From Caecitellus pseudoparvulus (lineage: Eukaryota > Protista > Bigyra: Bicosoecida): DNA of 24,105 nt. This document shows, one piece after another, positions 12,801 to 22,600 of the stretch (positions are counted from its first letter, which is position 1; the number at the start of each line of letters is the position of its first letter). The translations under genes were made by a program, and so were the position numbers. Location of the stretch: contig CBFFRQ010000004.1 in NCBI GenBank assembly GCA_965644315.1, positions 1 through 24,105 of the forward strand. Direction: 5' to 3'. Below the pieces are notes generated by a model, which was given only the letters and a program-made list of their open reading frames with translations, made no database searches and was not told the origin of the DNA.

Positions 12801-15800
12801 GTCCAAGGATGCCTTGAGCTCGTGCAGGTCCAGTGCTGTGGCGGGGCCACCCGCCACCACAGCGTGCGAAAACGCAGCAGCTGACGCCAACGCCCCCGCG
12901 AGGTCCTCTGCGAATTCGGATGCAGACGCAGCATCTTCCACTGCCGCGACGTCGGCCAAAGCCTGGTTGCTGGCAAGCGTCGCTGCAGCCCCTGCCGCTA
13001 TCGTCGACGCTGACGCGGGGTGCAGGGGGCTAGAGGTGTCAAGGCCCGGGACCTCAGGCAGCTCTGCGCCTGGGGCGGCAGTGGCGGCAAAGTACGTTGC
13101 CAGGTACCCAACCAGAGCAGGCACATCTTCACAGTCGCCAAATCGCAGGGGCATGGCGCTCAATGCGTCCAGTCCCGCCTCGGACGCATCCCAAGCGATT
13201 GGGATGCCAGTGTCCGCAGGGGCGGCCTCTGCAGCGGCGCTCAGCCAAGCAGCCAGTGCCGTGCTGGCCTGCACATGTGCGTGTGCAGCTGCTTGGGCGA
13301 CAGGCAGCGCTGCAGCCCAGATAGCAGCGCAGTCATCGGTTTCCCCAGTCCCAGCGCACATGCCAAGGATGGGGGTCGCATCCATGCTGTCCACGTACGC
13401 AGTCAGCGCGTCTGCGAGTGGCTGTAGGTCCTCCTGAGGCATGCTCTGCACTGCAGCGAGCACTGCTGATCCAGTGGCGGTAGCAGCGGCGCAAGCGCCG
13501 CCGTCGCTGGCCAGAGCGGCCACGTGAGCCATGGCAGGTCCAAACGTTGGCGACAGTCGCAGCGATGCCAGGGCAGTCTCCGCGAAGAACGACTGCAGCA
13601 AGGCAGCAGCAGCAGAGGTCTGGCTGGCGGCGGTGTCGATGAATAGGGGGTCGGCGTCATCTCCCAGAGCATCGTTGCAGGCAAGCGTGGAGTCCAGGAA
13701 GTCCGCAAGACGCGCGATGGCCCGCACCTGGCGCTGAGCTGTCAGAGACGTGGGCATGGTGGTGAGCTGGTCATCCGTGGTGGTGCCGTCAGAGCCAACA
13801 CGCTCGACAGCTTGCATCACCAGGGCAGACTCGGCGCAGAGGCCGGAACACGCAGCGACGGTGCTGTTGCACATGGTGTCAAGGCCGACCCGCACGAAAA
13901 CGCTTGGGTTGAGAATGGGGCCTGCCAGCGGCTGCAGGCGCGTGATTTCTGCCACGAGAGCTGCCTGGGCAGCATGCAGTGTGTCCATGACAGCAGGCAC
14001 GGTGTCTGCCGCGCCAGCTGCACCTTGCAGCGCGGCTTCTTCCAGCGCAGTCCCGAGCGACTCGGACGACTCCAGCATGAGACTGGCAAAGTCCAGAGCT
14101 TGGCCAATAGTGCCGACAGAACCAAGTGCGTCAGTTGTCAACTGTGTGTCGAGCATACTTGTTGCAATGGCGGCGTCCAACGTGTCCAGTGGGGGCACCT
14201 CCACAGAGCCCGTGTCGCCGCCCAGCGCAGCGGCAAGAAGCTCCACCTCTTCCAGCGGCAAGGCGAGCCCAGCACTCTGCACCGCCAGCATGTGGGGTAG
14301 AATACGCAGAACGTCGCCTTCGGGGTCTTCTTCGCCCGCTGTGGTGACGCTGCACTGCGTGAGGGCATCAGAGAAGGCGACACCCTCGTCGGTGGCGCCG
14401 AATGACGTGTCGTCTGCAGCCACGGCATCCAAAAGCTCCGCACATAGTGCGGGGACGCTCTGCACCAGCGCCAGTGTTGGGGCGTGGGAAGCAGCAACAC
14501 CGGCGTCAAAGGTCACCCCCTTGCTTGCGATTGCGGACAGGGCGGCGGCAGACGCCTCAGACACCAACTCCTGCGACACGGCCAGCCACTCCACAACATC
14601 CCCCGTGGTGGTGGCCAGCGACAGCTCAACCAGCTGCGCGGAGAGGCCGTCAATGGACTCCACTGTGGCAGCTGCAGCGTCCACATCTGCAGCTGCGGCA
14701 GTCTGGTGCCCGGTGGAGAGCAGAGAGAGGTGCAGGAAGGCGCCGCCAAGCTCCCAGGCCGCCACTGCTGCGCCCAGGTGTGCGCCCCACTGTACCTGAC
14801 TCAGGCACGACACGCAAGGCACATCGGCCAACCCAGCACCGTGCAAGGCCAAGGACTCGACGGGCAAGCTGGTTGACTCAGACGTCGCACCAGCTCGGTG
14901 CGCATACCCTGCCTCGGCGAACGTGCGCAGCACTGCAGGCTGCATGCTCGCAAGCCACACAGAACCTGCTGCGGCAGCCAAGCCCTCATGGTCAGCGCAA
15001 GCTGCTGTCACGGCGGACAAAGACGACAGAGTAACAGGTGCTCCGGCGCCAGTTTGTGGCGTGTCGGGGGCCACAGTCGCAGCAAGCTGGCTGGCGTGCA
15101 AGCTACCGAGCGTCGCATCGCATGCCTCCAGAGGTGTGGCCGACATGGCCGCAGCCAGCGCACCTGCTTCGACTGGCGACGACAGCAACGGCCCGTGCAG
15201 GGCCAGCATGGCGTCCTCCCACCCCTCCGGCATGGAGGCAGCCCACACTGCAGGCAAGGTTTCGGGGGCCTCAGTAGTGGTGGACTCACCCTCAGGCTGC
15301 AGCACCGCCAGTGCCCCCGTCGCGAGAATGTCGGAGACGGCCATGGGCAGCAGCTGCACTGCGACGACGGCAGCTGCCGTGTCGTGCACTGCCCGCAGCC
15401 AGGCTGTGTCGGCGGCGGCGGGAGACACGGCACGCAGCGCAGCTTGAGCAGCTGACAGGAGCTCAGCGAGCTCTGCCGCCTGCGCTGGCTGCACAGAGGC
15501 CACGGAAGTTCCAGCCCGCACCCACACGTCCAACGCGGCCAACACCGCCCCTAGTGCCTCGCTGGCCTCCAGCATGCCCGGCTCCGCATCAGCCAGTGTG
15601 GATGTGGCGGCATGGGCTGCTGTCAACGCGTCCACCGCATCAAGAATGTTCAGGCCTGCTCCGGTCAGCGAAGAGCTGGGCGTGGAGCTGCCGGAGGTGC
15701 CAGACCCCGGCGTCGTCGCAGTTGTCGTGGTCGTGGTCGTTGCGGTGGGCTCTGGTGACTCGGCCTCCGTACCGCCAGTGGTTTCCTCCTCATCACCACC

Positions 15801-18800
15801 AGTGCCAGTGGGCGACGTGGGGCTCGTGCCCTCAGTCGCGGTCGCACCCGTCTCGGTGCCGGTTGAGGAGGGCGTCGTGGAGGTGATGGGGTTGCCAGCC
15901 ACAGGCTCAAAGAAGGCGGTCGCCGCATCCATCACAGCGCTCTGAGCGAAGTCTGCACGTTGCAGCCCTGTGCTGGACAGGTACTGCAGCAGCAGGCCTG
16001 CTGGAGACTCAGAGTGCGGGAAGCCCAGCACTGCGCTGGAGGTGAAGGCCAGCACTGTGGCGGGCGCAAAGGCGCCCTCACCGTGTTCCTCCGTCAGTCC
16101 GGAGGTGCGAGCTGCCAGGGCGGAGCGCAGGGCCTGGCCCACATCAACAAGGATGTGTTCCTCCACCCCCGCAGCGACGAAGTGCAGGCAGCGAGTGAAG
16201 CTTGCCAGGCCGCTTGTCTGGGCCCACTCACCGGCCTGGTCGGCGATTGCGACGAGGTCGCCAGGCGACTGGGGAAAGTCGACCACGGGCTCGCCAAGCT
16301 CTGCGTCAAGCGGCTCAGGCTGCGTCACGGGCTCGCTGGCATCCAACCGCAGATGCACGGAGTCGGGGCTGAGGGCCGCCACTTCAAACACGCGCACAGC
16401 TTCCCAGTCCACTTCCACGTGCAGGGTCGCAGTCCACGCACAGTCGGCAGTGCACACTGTAAAGGCCGCTGCAGTGGGCCCGTCGCCCACGGCAGCAAGC
16501 CACGCAGGGGCGCTGTCTTCAAAGCCTGACGAGGACGCGAGGCCTGCAACAGTCAGCGCCTCCGGCACGAGCCAGGTCCGATCCAAGGTGAAGGCGCTCG
16601 CACAGGCTGAGGAGGCACACTCCCTGTCCAGAGCCAGAACGGTGCCGATGGGGAGCTGCCCCCAGGCCTCCAGCCCCGCCGAGCCCATGTCGTACGCCGT
16701 GGTGGGGGCCGTGAACACTTCCTCTGAGTCTGTCGGCGTCAGCACCTCCACTTCAACCGAAGCCGCGCCGAGGGCCAGCAACACGGCAAGCGGGGTATCG
16801 GGGAAGGACGCCAGGTCCACGCGCACGGCCGTGTGGGTGGAGGGGCCTGACAGGGCGGCTTGCAGGGCCATTGCAGCTGCCTTCAGAGACAAGGCACCAG
16901 ACAGGCCGCCTTCCCCGGCAGTGGCAGCGGCAGTTGCCGTCCCAGGCCCCGTCGCCACCGCCCCCACCAGGGCTGCCATGTCGTCGGCGAATGCGGAGAG
17001 GGCGGCGGTGCCCACGGTGGTGCCCAGGCCCACCATGTGTGGTGCATAGGCCGATGACAGCAGCGCAGCATGTGTGTGGGAGAGAGCGGATCCTGCGACC
17101 GAGTGGTCGGCAAGGGCGACCCGCCCAGCGACGCCGGCGCTCGTGAACTGCACTGAGGAGGCAAGCAAGAAGCGCTGCGCCGACACGGTGGCCATGTGGT
17201 GGGACACCTGTGCGACAGTGGCCGCAGCTTCTGCCAGGTCCGCCGTCTGACCTGCCAGGTGCGCGTGCAGTGCCGCGGCGATGAGAGGGGCAGGGCACTG
17301 TGTGCATGCGAGCAGGGTGTCGGCGGTGCTGGGCTGCAGTGCCTGGCCGCTGCTCAGTGCCCCAGCCAGCGCTGACATGGCGGCAGACTCCTGCGAGGAA
17401 GCCCCGGGCCAGGCCTGCGCCAGGGCGGTCTGCATCAACGCGGAAACTTCAGGTGCCGCCTGGGTGCTCGTGAACACGCCCCACGCAGCCGCTGACAGCT
17501 GCGTCGCAGTGGCGTGGCTGGCTTGCGTGAAGCCGGTCGCTTCCACAGCTTCGCCACCCGAGAGCTCTGCAAAGTTTGTGATGAGCCGCTCAGCCCAGGA
17601 TCGAGAGTTGAACTGGGCGGCAGCGGCCTGTGCCAAGGCCGCCCCATGCACGCGGGTGCTGAGGAAGACAGAGTCAGCATCGCCGCTTGCCGCAAGGTGG
17701 GCCAGGGCTTGCCGCAGCATGGGCAGATCCCCCAGCACCAACTGCACTTCTGAGTCGGAGCCCCAGCGGCCCAGAGCACTGGCGGCGACATTGGACAGTG
17801 TCGACACCAAGACTGCCTGCCTGTGCGGCAGGGCAGCTGTGGCCACAGACGCCAGGAAGCCCGCTGAGGCGAGGAAGCCAGAACAGGCTGCACTGACGCA
17901 CTGCAAGTCGCCCTCCGACACTGCGCCCAGCAGTTCGCTCTGTGCCTTGGCCCAGAGGCGTGCGTCGCCAGCGAGGGCAGCGGCAGAGGCCACTTGCCCT
18001 GCGGGCATGTGAAGGTGGGCGGAAGCGGCGGGCCTGCAAGCCCACTCGAGGCTGGCGCCGAGAACGGTGACCACTTGGTGCGCCACCTCCCACGGCAGGT
18101 CGAGTTGCTCAGGGCATACCACCTTCTCGTCCACCTTTGTGAAGGATACAGTTTCGACGCCCGGCGCCGAAAAGCCCTTGGAGGACGTCTTGCCCAGAGA
18201 TGCCTGCACGGTGCAGGAGTCGAGGTCCACTTCAGCACTGGCGGCGGTGCCTGAGGCCACGAGCTGCTCCAAGGCGCTGTGCGACTCGTGCAATTCCGTG
18301 CATGTGCCCGGTGCCCCTGCAAGGGCCAGCTTGGCGGCTGAGAGGATCTCGTGCATGCCAAGCGCAGTTGCCTGCTCCGTTGGGATGGAATCCAGCCACG
18401 CGAGTACAGACTGCGACACGCCGTGTCGGTGGGCCTCTGAAAACTGCGTCTGGGTCTGTAGCGCACCCACCATGCTCATTATCCCAGCCACATTGGCGGC
18501 ACCCTGCAGCGTTACCAGGGCGGGTTGACCGGCGTGGTCGGGGCCGGGCAGCACTGCCCACAAGGCGCTCTGCAGCGCAGACGCCGCCCCGTCGTCCCCC
18601 GCATCCACTTGCTGCACAGCCACAGCGTCCAGCACGAGGGAGTTCATCACCGATGTGCCCAAGGCCGCGCTGGCGCCGGTGGGGGCAACCAGCGTGCCGG
18701 GGTTTGATAGCAGCCAAGCCGACGCCACAGCCAACCGGCCAGCCACATCGGCACCCACTGCACATGGCCCCGCTGCGCAAGCTTCGGCAGCCAGCGAGAT

Positions 18801-19676
18801 CTGGGCCAGGCGCTGCTGTGCGGTGGCAACGTCGTTTGTCAAGGTGTCGGCCAGGTACTGCCCGGCCCAGTGAGCTGCGCTGGCCAGTGTTTCTGGGCGC
18901 AGGCTTGCAGCGTGCACGCCAGAGTGCGGCACGAGGAACACGCGCAGAGCCAGGGTAGCGGGAGCCATGATGTCCACCCACGGTGGGCTGCAGGTGAGGG
19001 TGGGGCAGTCTGCCCCGCCGACCAGCCCGCGGAGGCCACTGGTCACAGCTTCCCCGGCACTGCCCATGCCAGCAATGTCGGCCGCAATGAACTCAGGGCG
19101 AAGGGTGGCCTGGGCACGCCACACGGCACTGATGAATGCCCGCATGGCGTCTGCCAGGGCTGTCAGCGTGGAGGGACCAGCCTTGAGTGCGACAGAGGCA
19201 GGGAAGCCGTCTGCACAGACACCGGTGCAGGGCAGTGCAGCGGCGAGGGAGGTGGACACGGTGGTGCCGGCGCTGACCAGGTCTGCCACGCCGTCCATCA
19301 CGGCTTGCAGGTCTGCCGAAATGCCGTACTCCCCGATGAAGTGCTCTGTCAGCTGGCTCTGCGTCTCCCTGGCCAGCTGCAGGAACGCCTGCACTGTGGC
19401 CTTCACCTGTAGCTCGCGGAAGGCGGCGGCGAGGCCCTCTGCCGCCTGCAGCTGCACTGACGCAGACAGCAGGGCAGCTGCACTGGTCAGGCGCTCGGCG
19501 CTTTCGGCGCTGGGGCTTGTCCATGTCGGCACGTGTGAGTTGACAATCGCGCCAGCGGCGGCGGCATCCAGCGCTTCCGTGGCGCCAGCAGCCTCCGCAG
19601 CGGCCTTCAGGCCAGCTGCCACCAGGTGGTTGTGCAGCGCAACGTGCATGGGCTGCATGGCGAGGGCGCCCACTTG
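1..19676 (-). CDS. Downstream segment of the giant gene: stop-free frame of 6,558 codons running off the left edge (absent from the ORF track)
   Basis: Hand translation found no stop. The ORF track lists no minus-strand ORF in this frame below 19704, whereas an in-frame stop would have produced one. The translation gives coherent domains, e.g. YTVPGLFEDWMPQG, LWVGEYY, VDTTPP, WAGFADNQTGI, ATNLAGL. Confidence 0.93.
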
Positions 19677-22600
19677 CCCCCGAACACCAAGCCGGCCACA
19701 ACTTCAGCCAGCGTGCCCTGCTCTGTGGGAAGCCCCAGTGCAGTGAGCACTCCATCCGGCACGGCATTGCCGCCCAGCAGCGCTGCGCCACCGACGAACT
19801 CTGCGTTGCCCAGACGTCGGAACGCCTTTGTTTCCGCTGCCGCCAGAACGTGGGCGGCATCCTGTGTCAGTGCCAGGAGAGGTCCCATGTCCACCGGCAC
19901 GGGATCCGTCAGCGTCACCATCAGCTCGACACTCCAGTGCTCGGCTTGACCACCTGCACTCAGCTCCACCAGCTGCTGCGTGAACGTCGCAGCCTCCTCC
20001 ACGCTGGCGACCGCCATGGCTTCGACGCGGAAGGGGGGGGACAAGTCTGGCCACAGCGCTGTGAGGTTCCCTGCCAGACTGGCTGACAACTGGAACAGGT
20101 GAGCCACGGAGCCGCCGATGGCGGGACTCAGGGGCGAGACTGCAGTCAGTGTGTCTGCAGCCAGGAAGGCGTCCACTGTGTCTGCCAGCAACATGCTCTG
20201 GGCTGCCCCGCCTTCCAGCGCCACACTGCCCTCGCCGGCCTCCAGCGCGCTCACCACCGACGCGGCGGTGGATGTCAGGATGTGGCTGGCCACAAGGGCC
20301 GCCTGCACAGCAGGCACGTCTGTCAGCAGCGCCACCAGCGGCGACGCAGCGAACGTCGACAGGGCTGCTTCGGCTGCACCAGGACTGCTCGCCGCTGCCT
20401 CACCGTCAAACAAGTCTTGCAGCGTCAAGAGCAGTGAGTGGGACACGGTGAAGTTCTTGCTGCGGTACACATGCACCTGTCCTGCATGGGCGCACTGTGA
20501 GAATTCAGGGGCCTCCAGCGGAACTGAGGTGGCGTTGACTGCCACCTGCGCAGCCGCCGCAATGGAGCGCAGGCTCTCAAATGCGTCCGCAATGCACGGC
20601 CGGTGCTGCGCAACGTGCGGGAAGTAGCCACTCACGGTGTCCACAGCAGCCAGGACCGCCGCCTCGTCCAACACCTCGGGCTGCTCTGCGTCCTGTGCGT
20701 TCGTGTCCCAATCCTGCAGCAGCGCCAAGGCTGTCAGCGCAGCCGGGTGGGACTGTGCCTCGACCAGAGCGGCTTGAGTAGAGGTCAAGTCGCCCACAGC
20801 GGAACACACAGCGTGCCAGAATGGCTCAGACTCAGGGGTGGAGGGGACGCCCCCGCCGCATTCGGCTGGCAGCGCCGATGCAATGGCTGTTTCGACTGCC
20901 CCTGCTGCAGTGCTGATGGCGTCTGTGAGGCCGGCGATGCCCAGATCATCTGCCGCTGCAGGCGTGTTGAAGACCTCAAGCAGCGCACGGGGTGCGTCCA
21001 GTGGCGTGATGGCATCCTGTGCTGCAGCGCAAACTCCGGCCATGCCCGAGGCAGCGTTTGCTGAGCGCGCGCCCACCGCACGCAGCGACAGGGGCACCAT
21101 GCTCGCCGTGCTGGAGCCCTGCAACCACGTGCCGATGCGCACAGCGCCGTCCAGCAGCCCTGAGCCAAACTCCAGAGAAGCATGGTCCAGCACTGCGGCG
21201 ATGGTGTCAGCTGCCACCTGCATGGCACTGCCAATGGCTTGGATGTCAGAGCAGCTGTCTGTAGCTGTCGGCACCGCCGCGAGGGTCGCAGAAGCGACCA
21301 CTGCGTCCCTGGTCACATTCTGTGCGACTTCCAGCTGGTGGGTGAGGTATTGGGCCAGGTTCCCAGCCGCGTTTACGCCCACCGCGGTGGCAGCTGCGCG
21401 GAACTCGGCTGTGGCCGTGCCTCGTGCGATTCGGCGCCCAATGGTCGCTGACCACTCCTGCCCGAACGGGGCCGCAGGGAACGACGTTGTGCTGAGCGCA
21501 ATGCATGCGGCGCTGATCACACCACGCTTGTGAGGCGCTGAGCCGCTGCACGGCTCCGCAGCGGGGAGGGGTGTGACGCTTTGAGCTGGGAGCTGGGGCT
21601 GGACGCCACCAGGCCGCACGTCCATCAGCTGCGCGGCGATGCTCCCCAACTCCTGAGTCGCAGCTCCCATGGACTGCAGCGTCGCATCGTGTGCTTGGAT
21701 CGCGGCCAGGCCAGATGGGGCTGCCAGTGAAATGAGCATTGCGGGGGTCAGCCCCAAGTCCACGAGGAGCGTCTCATGCACCGGGAACTGCTGCTCGGCG
21801 TCGTTCTGGTGCGCGAGGTGCAGGAGCAGCAGTCTGTCCAGCTGCTCAGCCCAAGCGTCGGCACCTTGGGTGAGGGCGGCGACTGAAGGCTGGAGATCTC
21901 CGAAGCGCCCGGCTGCAGCACGAGGGAAGGATGCAGCGGGGACCTCTGCCAGTTGAAGTGCGAGCGGCATGATGTCCACTCCTGTCTCCAGTACAGAGCG
22001 CGTCGTGTCGAGCTGCAGGAGCCACTCGAGAAAGTGCCGGTCGTCAACACTGGCGGAATAACGGGTGACAGTGGCAGCTGACGTGAACACATTGCCCCTG
22101 GCGACGGAGCAACCTGGCGTGCGAAGCAACGAATGAAAAAAGCGGAAGCACAGCAGAGCGCCCTGCAGGGCGGCAGCGGCGCTGGACTGCCAGTCTGCCA
22201 GCGCGGAGGCGCAGGCAGCCGCCAGCACTGCAGAGGCGTTCCCTGCTGCTGCACGGTGGTTCACGCCGCACTGCACGGTGGACGGTGACAGGGCATCGAA
22301 CGTGGCCGAGCTGTTGCCTCCGATGACTTGAGCGAGATCCCAAGCGGTCTGCACGCCAGGCTGCACGCTGCTTGCACTGGCGCCAGGATTGCCCCAGGCT
22401 TCGATGGTGTCAGCGACCAAAGCAGTCGCATTGGACAGCGCGCCGATGTAGCCATCGTAACTCACGATGGGCTCGCTCAGAGTTGCATCCTCGGGCGTTC
22501 CACTCGTCCACAGCACCATGGTACGCAGCACTGCCGCATGCAGCGACATGGAGGCAATGATTTCCCCACATCCCTGGGTTGTGCAGTCGGACTGCAGAAC

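Noticed and set aside
4004-20040. Other homopolymer runs (G8 at 4004-4011, C8 at 7103-7110, G8 at 20033-20040) as frameshift or phase-variation sites
   Set aside because: The reading frame and sensible protein sequence are preserved across each run.
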